Below are positions 12,822-24,371 of a DNA stretch of 64,000 nucleotides, in pieces (position 1 is the stretch's first letter; each line of letters begins with the position of its first letter). The notes under the pieces are model-generated. The model searched no databases. It was given only the letters and a program-made list of their open reading frames with translations, and was not told the DNA's origin. The position numbers were made by a program, and so were the translations under genes. Source of the stretch: Rebecca billardiae RCC1528 (Eukaryota > Protista > Haptophyta); assembly GCA_965240325.2 (NCBI GenBank), contig OZ251252.1:1-64000 (forward strand), written 5' to 3'.

Positions 12822-13578
12822 TCAGCTGTGCGCCGCCGCGCCGCCGCCCGACCGCCCGCTGCCACCGCGCCGCCGCCGAGACGGCTGGTCGCCACCGTGC
12901 CCGCCACCGCCACCGCCACCGCCGCCGCCACCGCCATGCCCGCCGTGCCCACCGCCGCCACCGTGCCCGCCGTGCCCGCCGCCGCCGCCGCCGCCGCCGT
13001 GCCCGCCGTGCCCGCCGCCGCCGCCGCCGCCGCCGTGCCCGCCGCCGCCGCCGCCGCCGCGCGCGCGCTGCTGCGCGTTGGGGTGCGCGTGGCCGCCGCC
13101 GTGCGGCTGCTGCCGCGGGCTGCCGCCGTGCGCCGCGCCGCCGCCGCCGTGCGGGTGGCGCTGCTGCTGGTGCTGCGGCTGCGCGCCGTGCTGCTGCTGC
13201 TGCTGCGCCGGCTGGTGGTGCTGGTGGTGCGGCGGCTGGTGCTGCTGCGCCGCCGGCTGCGGCTGCTGCGCCGGCCGCGCGGGCGGCAGCGCGAACGGCT
13301 CGAAGCCGCCGCCGGGCTGGCGCAGGCCGCCCTCGCGCGCGCCGGCCGCCGCGTGCAGCGGCGCGGGCGCGCTCGGCGCCGCGATGAAGGCGGCGTAGCC
13401 CGGCTGGCCGATCAGCGGCGCGGAGGAGCCGAGCGGCGCGCCGGCCGCCGCGCCGAACGCGCCGAGCGAGAGGCTCGCGCCGCCGCCCAGCCCGCCGCCC
13501 CACAGCGAGGCGCCGCCGTTGCCCACCGCGCCGAACGCGCCGCCAAACGCGGACGCGGACGGCTGCGTGAGCGCGGGC

Positions 13579-13611
<33 letters not shown>

Positions 13612-14436
13612 GAGGGGCCGCACGCGCCCAGGTCCACGCCGCCCATGCGCGGCGACTGCGCGGCGGCGTGCGCGCGCGCGCGCGCGCGAGCGAGAGGGAG
13701 CGCGAGAGAAGACAGGGAGGGGCGCGCGCGGGTCTCAGCAACGCGCGCCGCGGCGGCAGCGGCGTGAGTCGCCCGCGCGCACAGCGCGCGCACAGCGCGC
13801 GCACCTGCGACGGCCCCAGCGGGCGCGGCGGGGGCGGCGCGTCGTCGGAGAGCACGCCCTGCGCGACGGCGGTGGCGACGGGCGACATGGGCATCGCCGC
13901 GGCCGACCAGCCGTCGGCCGCCTCGTCCTCTCGCGCGTAGCCGCACGTGGACACAGCCACACCCGCACCACCCGCACACGCAACCTGCGACACCGGCGGC
14001 TGCGGCGCGCGGCGCGCGGCGGGCGCGCGGCGGGCGCGCGAGCGAGTGAGCCTTCGCGGCGACGGTCGCGGGCGCGTTGCGCGCGCGGGGCGGCGCGCGC
14101 GTCGCACCTGCTGCTGCGCCGACCGGCCGCTGGGCGCCGCGCCCTCACACCCGCCACACCCGCGGCCGCGCGCGCTCACCGCGCCGCCGCCGCGCGCGCC
14201 GCCGCCGCCGCCCGCGCTGCGCGCGCCGCCGCGGCCGCGCACGGCGACGCCGCCGCGCCCGCCGGCGGGCGCGGCGGCGGCGGTGCTCGCCTGCGCGCGC
14301 GCGCGCGCCGCCTCGAGCGCGGCCGCCGCGTCGACGGGCGCTGCCGTGCGCGGCGAGCCCTCGCCGCCGCCACCGCCGCCGCGGCCGCGCCGCTTGCGGC
14401 CGCCGCCGTGCGGCGCGTCGGCCGACGGCGCGCCCG

Positions 14437-14487
<51 letters not shown>

Positions 14488-15024
14488 GCGCTCGGCGGCG
14501 GCTCCCCGGCGCGCCCGCCGGCGCGCCCGCCGGAGCGTCCGGCGCGGCGCCGCGCTTCGCGCCGCCGCCGCCGCCCTTGGCCGCGCCGCCGCCGCCGCCC
14601 CTGCCGTGCGCGTCGGCGGCCGCGGACGCGCGGCGGCGCGGCTGCGGCGGCGGGTGCGCGGGCGCGTCGGAGCGCCACTGGTCGGCGACGGCGGCGCGCG
14701 AGGGCTCGGCGCCGGCGGGCCCCTGCACGGCGCACGAGATGGGCAGACCGCCGCCGTGCGCGCACCCGCCGCGCCCGCCGCCGCCGCCGCCGCCGTGGTG
14801 ATGGCCCGGCGGCGGCGGCGGTGGCGGCGCGGCCGCGCCGGTGCGCGCGCGCGCGCGCTCGTGCGAGGCCACGACCGCGGCGGCGGCGGCGGGCAGCGGG
14901 CCGGCGGCGGCGGCGGCGGCGGCGTCGTCGGCCGTGTTGACCGCGCCGGCGGGGCGCGCGGGCGCGCCGTCGCCGCCGCCATTGCTCCCGCGCCGCGCCG
15001 CCGCCGCCGCGCCGTTGGGCGGCT

Positions 15025-15055
<31 letters not shown>

Positions 15056-15935
15056 CGCTCGCTCGTGCGCGCGCGCCTTCGCGGCCGCCTCCGCCGCCTC
15101 GCGCGCCGCCGCCTCGCGCTCGACGCGCTTGCGCTCGATCTCGGCGAGCTTGGCCGCCGCGCGCTCCTTGGCCGCGCGCTCGTGCTCCGCCTCCGCCGCG
15201 CGGCGCAGCTCCGCGCGCTTCGCCGCCAGCGCCTTCATGTAGGCGGGCTGCTCCGCCAGCGGCACGGTCGCCGGGTCGGCGCCGATCGGGTCGTCCGCCC
15301 ACGACAGGGCGGGGGGCGCGGAGGGCGCGGAGGCGGCGGGCTCGGGCGGGGCGGGCGGCGCCTCGCGCGCCGCCGCGGCGGGCGAGGCGGGCGAGGCGGG
15401 CAGGGTCTCGGCCGACGCCGCGCGCGGCGCGGGCGACGCGGCGCGCGCCGCGGCGGCGGCGGGCGCGGCGGCGGCGGCTGGCGGCTGCGGCTGCGGCTGC
15501 GGCTGCGGCGCGAGCGGCGGCGACGCGGGCGTGGCGCCGCCCGCGGCGGCGGCGGGCGGCGGCGCGCCGATCGCGCGTCCGCTCACCGCGCGCACGCGCT
15601 CGCGCCGCTCCGCCGCCGTGCGGTTCGCCTCCGCCTCCGCGCGCCTGCGCTGCCCCTCCTGCCGCTGCTGCCGCTCCGCCTCCGCCTGCGCCACCTCCTT
15701 CTCGAACGCGCTCAGCTTCTCCACCTCGAGCGCCTCGTCCGCGCGCCGCTCCTGCGCGAGGAAGCGCGCGCGCTCGGCGCGCGCGCGCGCCGCCTCGGCG
15801 GACTCGCCTTTGAACACCGGGCCCTCCGAGGCGAAGAGCTCGTCCTCGTCCTCCAGCAGCTCCAGGCCACCGCCGCCGGCGGCGGCCCCGGCGGCGCCCG
15901 CGGCCTCCGCCTCCGCCTCCACCGCGTCCGCCCAC

Positions 15936-15966
<31 letters not shown>

Positions 15967-16606
15967 TCGGCGCGGGCGGCGGCGGCGACGCGGCGGCGGG
16001 CTCAGCGGCGGGCGCGGCGTCGGCGGCGGGCGCGCCGGAGGATGCCGCCGCGTCGTCCGCCGCGTCCGCCGCCGCCCCGCTCGGGCCGTGCGCGGAGGCG
16101 GAGGCGTGCGCGTGCTGCGCGCACGCGGAGCCAGCAGCAGCGGCCGCGTGCTCGGCAGAGCCGCCCTCGGCGGGCGCGGGCGGGTGCGGCGCGTGCGGCG
16201 GCGCGACGGCGTGGTGGTGGGCGTCGTACCCGCCCGCCTGCGCCTCCGCCTGCAGCGAGGGCAGGTTGAACGGCTTGGGCGCCGTCACCTTGCCCGCGCC
16301 CACCGAGGTCGCGACCAGACGGCCTCCGCGCCCGCGGCCGCCGAGGACGAGCATGCGCCCATGGCCTGCGGAGAGAGGGGCGCGCGCACGCCGCGTGAGC
16401 GCGTGAGCGCACGCGCGCGCCGCGCCGCGCGCGCGCCGCGCCGCGCCGCGCGCCGCGCGCCGCGCGCCGCGCGCCGCGGCGAGCGGCGGCTCGCGCGCCG
16501 CGCGCCGCGCGCCGCGCGCCGCGGCGCGCGCACCCGGTCCTCGGCCGCCCTGGGGCGGCGGCCTGTGGCCCGCGCTCGAGCTGGCCGTGTGGTACGGCCT
16601 GTTCAT
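12822..16606 (-). CDS. BAT2_N-domain (PRRC2 / plant MOS1-like) low-complexity protein, multi-exon
   Basis: N-terminal GKVTAPKPFNLPSLQAE matches the BAT2_N/MOS1 motif. YMKALAAKRAELRR...KERAAAKLAEIERK matches the MOS1/PRRC2 charged helix. Approximate exons: 16606-16534, 16365-14108, ~13999-13805, 13655-12822. Confidence 0.72.
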
Positions 16607-16833
16607 CCACGCGCCGCGAGAGGCGGGCGGAGCGCTCGCGCGCGGCGGGCTGCGCGCCGCTCGAGCGGCCGCGCACCCTCGGAGGGCGGGCCACGCACAC
16701 CGTCTCTGCCCTTGCTGAGGGCAAGCAGCGCTCTTGGCGCTTGGGCGCGCTCGCCGCCGCGGCGGGCGGGAGAGCGCGCGCAGACCGGACTCGCGCCGCG
16801 AGGCCGATCGGGCAGTCCGGGGCGCCGACGACG

Positions 16834-18358
16834 ATGGCCGTCCGGCGCGCGCTCGCGCTCGCCGCCGTGCTCGCGGCGGCGGCGGCGCCGGCGGCGCGCG
16901 CGCACGCGTGCGCGCGGGGCGCGCCGCGCCGCGGCGCGGCCGCCGCGCCGCCGCGCGCCGCGCCCGCCGCCGCCGCGCCGCGGAAGAAGCCCAAGCGAGC
17001 CGGCGGCGGCGGCGGCGCCAAGGGCTTTGGCGCGCGGCCCGCGGCCGGCGGCGGCGGCGGCGGCGGCGCGGCGGGCGTGGAGCCGATCGGCGGGTTCGAG
17101 CCGTTCTACGAGTGGCTCGCGTCGCACGGCGCCACCCGCCGCGTCGCCATCGCGCGCGTCTCGGGCGTGCGCGGCGCCGTCGCGCTGGAGGACGTGCCGC
17201 AGGGCGGCACGCTGATCGGCGTGCCGTCCGAGCTCGCGCTCGACCTGGGCGTGGAGGCGGCGGACCCGCTGCCCGCGGCGCGCACGCTGCTCGGCGTGTG
17301 GCGCGCGCTGCACGGCCACCCGCCGCCCGCCGACCCGCGCGCCGCCGCCGAGGCCGCCCGCCTCGCGCCCTTCCTGCGCACGCTGCCGCCGCCCGGCAGC
17401 GCCGACCTGAGCACCCCGGACTTCTTCAGTCCGGAGCAGCTGGCCGCGACGCAGTGGGCGCCGGTGCAGGCGGAGGCGCGGGAGGCGCAGGCGCGGCTCG
17501 AGGCGGCGGCGCGCGACGCCGCGCCCGAGCTCGGCGCGCCCGACGCCGCCGCCGTGCTGGCCGAGCTGCGGTGGGCGCGCTGGGCTGTGCTCAGCCGCGT
17601 GCTCACCGTGCAGGGGCCGCTCGGACAGGGGGGGGCGCTGGGGCCCCCGAGCGCACGCCCCAGCCGCAAGCTGCTCATCCCGCTGGTGGACATGTGCAAC
17701 CACCACCTCACCAAGGAACGGACGCCGCCGCGCGCGTGCGCGCGCCCGCGCGTGCGTGCGCCCACGCGCGCTTGAAGCGCTGTGCACTGCGTGCCGCCCT
17801 CCCGCCCTCCCGCCCTCCCGCCCTGCGGGCTGGCTGCTGCGCAGTGGAACGGCCTCCCCTCCGGCCGGGTGGGCGGCGATCTCAAAATCGTCGCCGCCAG
17901 GGACGTCAAGCAGGGGGAGCAGGTGGGCGCGCCGCCCGCGCGGCGCGCCGCCCCCTTGGCCCTTGGCCCGCGCACGCCGCCGAGCGCGCCCCCCGCCCCG
18001 CCCCCTTCTCCCCGCCCCCTTCTCCCCGCGTGCATCCCCCGCGCTGCAGGTGTGCATCCAGTACGGCGGAGGGGCGCTGTCCTCCGACCGGCTGCTGAGC
18101 GAGTACGGCTTCGTGGACGGCAGCGGCGCGCAGCAGGAGCTGGACGTGCGGCTGCTGGCGAGGCTGGCGCAGCAGGGGCGGGCGGAGGAGCTGCTCGGGC
18201 CAAGCGCGCCGCTCAGCGAGACCAGCGTGCCGGAGGACGAGGCCGCGCTCCGCGCCGCGCGCGACGCGTCCGACGCCAAGCTCGCCGCCGCCATCTCGCT
18301 CCGGCTCGCGCTCAAGCGCGCGTACGCGCAGCTGCGCGCGCGCGCGGGCGCGGCATGA
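16834..18358 (+). CDS. SET-domain lysine methyltransferase (Rubisco LSMT/SETD3-like), probably plastid-targeted
   Basis: Motifs RWARWAVLSR, LLIPLVDMCNH and IVAARDVKQGEQVCIQYG..SSDRLLSEYGF. The N-terminus has a signal peptide followed by an Arg/Ala-rich transit-like stretch. Introns end at 17844 and 18049. Confidence 0.85.
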
Positions 18359-20465
18359 GGCAGGGCCACCGTGGGGCGCCCGGCGCCGCCCTGCGCCGCC
18401 GGCGGCCCGCCGTGGGCGCAAGGCGCTGTGCTCCCGCCGCATCGGCCCACACCGGCCGAGTCTAGATAGACAGTCGTAGCTAGCAGTCTAGTTGGCTGAG
18501 CGCGCATCACTGAGCAGTACCGGCCCGCGGCGGTCGTCGGTCCAGCGGCGGGACCGAGTGTCGCCATCACGACACTCGCGCCGCCGTGTCACTCGGAGTG
18601 TCGGACCGGTTGCCGGTACTAGTAGTACTACGGTTCCGCCGCTATAATGGTGAGCAGTAATGCCGTGCTGCCGTGGGCTAACCGTCCGCGCCGCCGCCGC
18701 GCCCGCGGAGTCCCGTCGAGTCCGCGCCCGCCGGCGCCACTGCAGCGCGGCCCGCACCCGGCTGAACCGGAGTACCGTGCCCGTATATAATCGGGCGGCT
18801 AACTCTGTCAGGCTACTCATACTGGCAGCACGCACTACTACTCCGCGAGTACGCGGGCCGCCGAATATAAGTCAGGCGGGCGACGCGCCGACTGGGCCCG
18901 AGACCGCGGCCCTGACGCCCGGCGCGGGACCGTCCCGCTCGCCGGCTCGCGCGGGTGTCCCTGAGCCTCCGAGTGTGCGGCCTGAGAGTGCCCGCCGGCC
19001 GCGGCCCCGCGCGGGCCGTGCACTACCGGCACGGGCGGCCGCGGCTCCGGCGGATCAAGCCGCCCAGCCGCGGGCCGCGGCCCTGCCGCCGGCGGGACTC
19101 GACGGCCGGCGCGGGGCCCGAGCAGTGCCCGCGCCGGGCACAGCTCACTGCCCGGGCATATCACCGGTCAATGAGACGAGTCGTATGTAGCGCGCTCCGC
19201 GCTCCGGGGCGCCGCCCCGGGGCCCCGGGTGCCCACGGGTGGCGGTGCGTAGCGCCTCAGTCAGTCAGCGGCGGCCGCCGGCGCGACCGGCGTGCTGCTA
19301 CACTCTGCTACGCGTGATCGCGGCGCGGCAGACCGCGCGGCTTACTATTCAGCTGTATAGTAGCAGCAGCGCGCAGTCCGCGCGCTAGCCGTGTCAGTGA
19401 GTAGTGACCGAGTGTGGCGCAGGCGACTCGGAGCTATAGAATCTCGCGCGCGGACCGGGACTACATCATCATCTATCATATATATATGATTCTTAGCTCA
19501 TCAGTCGGTGCCGCAGGAGTCCCGCGATATCCGAGCCGGTGCCGCTGACGACCGACGTACGGCGCGGCGATCGGAGTCGGATCATCAGCCACTCTAGTCT
19601 CTACTCTTGTCCCACCGCGCGGGGCCCCGGCCCGCCCGCGGGCGGCCGGGGCGACACGGCAGGCGTAGGCGCGCCGGCTGATCGGGCATGTCACGACGAC
19701 GCCCCCGCGCGGGCGCCGCCGGCCTCTGGCTCTGCGTCTCGCGCCCGGGCTCAGCGCGGGCCTCGCCCTCGGGCCGTCGGCCGGTCTGACCGGCCGGTGG
19801 CGGACGGCTAGCCGGGCTAGCGCGGTCCGCGCGCGCGTCATCGGTCAGCCCCGGACCGTCATGACTCAGCCTGCGGATCCGGGCCGGCGCGCACCCCTTA
19901 CTGGCCCGTCTGCTCACTCAGGCGCTCATCCGTGCATGGCCACCCACTATATAGCTACTCGCCGCTCGGTGTGACTCGGTCTGAACTGAGTTGAACGGAC
20001 TGAACCGCGCGGGTCGGGCCCCGCCGGCGTCGCGGCCGTGCTCGGTGCAAGTGCCGCTCCTGGCCGCGCGCCCGGCATTCTCAGCCGCCGCCGGGGCGCG
20101 GCATGGCTATTGACGATGCTGACTCGGCCGGGTGATGACGTCCGATATATATATATATATACGACGACTTCGGACTTGGGCCAGCGGACGACGACAGACT
20201 GAGATCGACACCGGACTGAGTCCGGACCGTCGAGTACTGCCTCCGCCCGCCGGTCAGCTAGACGGTATTGCGCGACGACGATCAGTATACTTAATACTCG
20301 GACGATATAGTAGATATATATGATGCGGCTGCAATGCGATATATACCGGCGGTATATACATCATCATTCACATATACATCGGCATCAGCAGTATATTATC
20401 CATGGCATTTATTTATTATATCGTCGACGCGACGCGTCGTCGATCAACGGTACGTGTACGTATAT

Positions 20466-23400
20466 GCGCCCACAGCAACGATTTCTTTTTTAAAGCGGCC
20501 GTTAAGGAAACTCCAACAAATGAGTTTTCGGCCGTTAACGGCTGAATCTGGTGGTCCGGGCCAAATCCCGAGAGCGTTCGTCGCTCGGCGTCGCACGGAC
20601 GCCGTCGCAGGGCTTGGCGAGCGGACGTTCGACTCGCGGTGCGAGCGCGCGCCGTGCGTGCGCGTGTGGCGGCGTCCACGTCGCCGCTGCGCCACCGGTG
20701 CTCTAATCGCGGGTGTTCCCCAACCTATCCCCCGCCTGCCCCGCACCCGCTCCGCGTCCCGACGCGCCACACCGATCTACTTTGCTAGGTCTGTTCGTAA
20801 CACGGTGCGAATTCGCGCCCGCCCGCACGCCGCTGCGCGCGGGGATGCAGGAAGTGTATGGAGGGGCGCGGAGTTGTTATTCAGGCGGCGGGTTACTCGT
20901 GATGCACGCACATGCGCAGCGGGAACGCTTACTTTTGCATGGGTGACCGGGAATTTGCATCAGACTAACTTGCTGCGGCTGCGCCCGGCACGGCCGCGCC
21001 GGGACCGCGCTCGCCGCGCGCAGCAATGGCGACGGCTGTGCTCACCGTGGGCAAGGGCAAGCGTTCCTGCGCGAAGCCTAGGAAGCCCAAGCTGCATCGC
21101 AAAGGTGCCTAACGCATCGGGCGCCACGTCTCTGCCGCATCTGCATGGCTGCGCATGGCCGCGGCGCTCAGCCGCACGAGATGCTCAAGCTGCGCGCGCG
21201 CGAGGCCGCGAGCGAGGTGGACCACTCGATCATGCCGAACGAGAACTACCTGGCGGAGGTCAAGCGCAGCGTCAACAGCCTCGTCGCCATCAAGGCCCAG
21301 CGGAAGAAGAACAACCTGCTGCGTGTAGCCAAGCTGCGGCTCTTCTCGTGAGACGCGCTCGTCTTGCATGCCTTCACCTCGCTCGACGACGAGGGCGTCG
21401 TGCACTAGGCGCGCGAGAAGGACCGCACACTGAGCATCGTGGGCTCGCGCCAGCCCGAGAGTTCTCGACGTGGCTCAACCTGGGCATGCGCCACCCGATC
21501 CCGCCGCCGGTGGCTGGCTCACGTGAGAGCGCGCTGCGCAATCGCGAGCACGCGGGCGCGGGCGTGATGATGATCGGCAGCGAGTCGGCGGCGCGGCCGT
21601 GGCCGCAGGCCGTGGGCGCCGTGCTGGATCGCTTGGAGCACTACGGCAAGTCCGCGCGCCCGCGCGGGCAGCCGCATGTCCTCCTCCTCTCGGCGGACAC
21701 GGGCCAAACGCAGCGCACTCGCGCGCGGCCACGATCGCCATCGTGCGCAACTATGAGGGTGTTGCGCTCGCGTCGTCGGAGGCGATCGCCATCTCGGAGC
21801 GGCCGGACTCGGACATGCCCGAGCTATGGAGCGCGGACGCCGACGGGATCAATGACGTGATCCGGAGCGGCCGGCTCCCACCGCGACCGGCGCCGCCAGC
21901 TGCCGCCGCTGCACGTGGCCAGCGCGGCAGGGCGGCGCGGCTGGCGGCGCTGCAGGCGGCGCGGCCGGCGACGCGGCCGGCGGCGCGGCCGGCGGCAGCG
22001 GCGGCAGCGGCAGCGGTAGCGGCGTAGCTGGCGGTGCCGCCGGCGCTGGAGTCCGCGCGGCCGGTTGCGCGGTCGGCGGCGCGGCCGGCGGCGCGGCGGG
22101 CGGCGCGGCTGGCAACGCGGGCGCGTCCGCGGGCACGGGCGGCGGCGCGGCCGGCGCGAGCGGCAGCGGCAGCGGCGTGGCTGGCGGCACAGTCGGCGCT
22201 GGCGTCCGTGCGGCCGGTGGCGCGGCCGGCGGCGCGGCCAGCGGCGCGGCTGACAGCGCGGGCGGTGGCGCGGCCGGCGGCGGCACTGCCGGCGGCGGCG
22301 CGGCCGGCGGCGCGGCCGCGCGCGGCCGGCGCGGCCGGCAGCAGCGGCGGCAGCTGCAGCGACAGCGGCGTGACTGGCGACACAGCCGGCGTTGGCGTCC
22401 GCGCGGCCGGTGGCGCGGCCTGCGGCGCGGCCGGCGGCGCGGCTGACAGCGCGGGCGATGGCGGGCCCGGTGGCGGCGCGCCCGACGGCGGCACGCCCGA
22501 CAACTGCGCGCCAGGCGGCGGTGCGCCCGGCGACGCGGCCGGACGCGGCCGGGGGCGCGGCTGGCAACGCGGGCGCGGGTGCTGGCGGCGGCGCGGGCGG
22601 CGCGGGCGGCAGCTGCAGTGGCGTGGCTGGCGGCACAGCTGGCGTTGGCGTCCGCGCGGCTGGAGGCGCGGCCGGAGGTGCGGCCGGCGGCGCGGACAGC
22701 GGCGCGGCTGACAGCGCTCGCGATCGCGCGGCCGGCGGCGGCGCGGCCGGCGGCGGCGCGGCCGGCGGCGGCGCGGCCGGCGGTGGCGCGGCCGGCGGCG
22801 GCGCGGCCGGTGCGGGCGGCAGCAGCAGCACTGGTGGCAGCAGCAGCGGCAGCTGCGTGGCTGGCGGCACCGCTGGCGCTGGCGTCCGCGCGGCCGGTGG
22901 CGCGGCCGGCGGCGCGGCCGGGGGCGCGGCCGGGGGCGCGGCTGGCAACGTGGGCGCGGGCGCGGGCGCGGGCGGCGGCGTGGGCGGCGCGGCCGGCAGT
23001 GGCAGCGGCGTGGCTAGCGGCACAGCCGGTGCTGGCGTCCGCGTGGCCGGTGGCGCGGCATGTGGCGCGGCCAGCCGCGCGGCTGACAGTGCGGGTGGTG
23101 GTGCGGCTGGTGGCGGCGCGGCCGGCGGCGGCGCGGCCGGCGGCGGCGCGCAGCAGCGCGGCCTCGGTGGCAGCACTGCCTCGGCAGGCGGCAGCGCGGC
23201 CGGCGGCGGTTTTGGCGGCGGCGCCGAGGCGGCCGACTACGCGGAGGAGCAGAAGGCCATCGTGGCGTGCACCGGCGCTTACGTCAGCCTCGCCAGCCTC
23301 GCCGGCCAGGGCTCGCACAACGTCCCACCGCTCCGCTTCAACGTCTGGGCGGTCACGGAGGCGGGCGCAGACGGCGTCTCGCCTCAGGCGGCGGGGGCGC

Positions 23401-24025
23401 CTCGTGCAGCTCGCGGACGAGCAGGTGCAGGGGCATTTCGTGCAGGTGACCAAGCGTGCGATGCCGCTCGTGCACGCGCGCAAGTCACTCGACTCATTCG
23501 TCCGCGAGTACGCCGAGGGGAAGAAGTCGACGGCGGAGCCGCACATCTCGACGGTCGCGCAGCTCGTGCGCCGCGTGTCGCTTGCGACGTGGGCAGAGGA
23601 GTTCGGCGACAAGGTGCGGCGGCTCTGGCTGAAGAAGTACGCCAAGCGGCAGCGCGAATGGCAGCGCAGGGCGGAGACCGACGCGATCGACCTGATCGCG
23701 GAGTGCATGACGGCGCGCAAGCTCCTGCGCGAGGAGGCTGGGCTTCCGGAGAAGGAGTTTTCGGCACTCAGGAGCAAATTGATGGCGGCGCGCTCGCCGG
23801 ACCGCTCGGTGACGGTGATTTACGACGCGGATGTCGCGCGCGACGGTAGCGGGGCTGGGTAGCGGCAATCAGGCAGCTGACGGTGCGGGCATGCAGGGGG
23901 GACCAGCCGCGCGCGCGCGCCGCCCCCTAGGGGCGCGCGCGCAGCGCATAGTAATTTTTCGAAAATTAATCTGGCCGCTGGACACGCTAACGGCCGCTTT
24001 AAAAAAGAAGTCGTTGCTGTGGCCT
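20466..24025 (+). mobile_element. 3.56-kb TIR element carrying a decayed ORF and an internal minisatellite
   Basis: 35-bp TIRs CCACAGCAACGA(T/C)TTCTTTTTTAAAGCGGCCGTTA (20470-20504 / 23988-24022, 1 mismatch), with ATAT close to both ends. Internal coding-like pieces at 21026-21870 and 23225-23862 contain stops and frameshifts. Confidence 0.75.
21890..23230. repeat. GC-rich compound minisatellite (GGCGGCGCGGCC units within ~150-250 bp higher-order repeats)
   Basis: About six recurrences of ...GCTGGCG(T/A)CCGCGCGGCCGGTGGCGCGGCC-like blocks; translates as GGGAA / ARPAA / PPAAP repeats depending on frame. Confidence 0.9.
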
Positions 24026-24371
24026 ATATACACGCGCGGTTCCGGTCACGACGCGACAGTTTCATGCTGCTGCGGACCACATGTATCGATATATATGCTG
24101 ATTGCGCGCGCGCGCGGTTCGGTCCACGACCACGGCCAGCGTCCGCGCGACGACGACTGGTACTGATCCAGACTCAACGGACACTCCGCGGCCCGGAGCC
24201 TGGCTCCGGGCCACCCGTGTGCCCGGCGAGTCTGGCCGGCGCGGCGCGCTCGGCGCGCGACCGCGCCGCAGGCCACCGCGCCGCCACCGCCGCGCAGCCG
24301 CCGCTCGCGCCTCGCGCCCGCCCGCGCGCACGCGCTGCCGCCGCTGCGCGGCGCGCGTGCGCGGCGCGCGC

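Noticed and set aside
21824-23849. Extensin- or silk-like structural protein ORFs
   Set aside because: These are translations of a minisatellite inside a TIR element, open in several frames on both strands.
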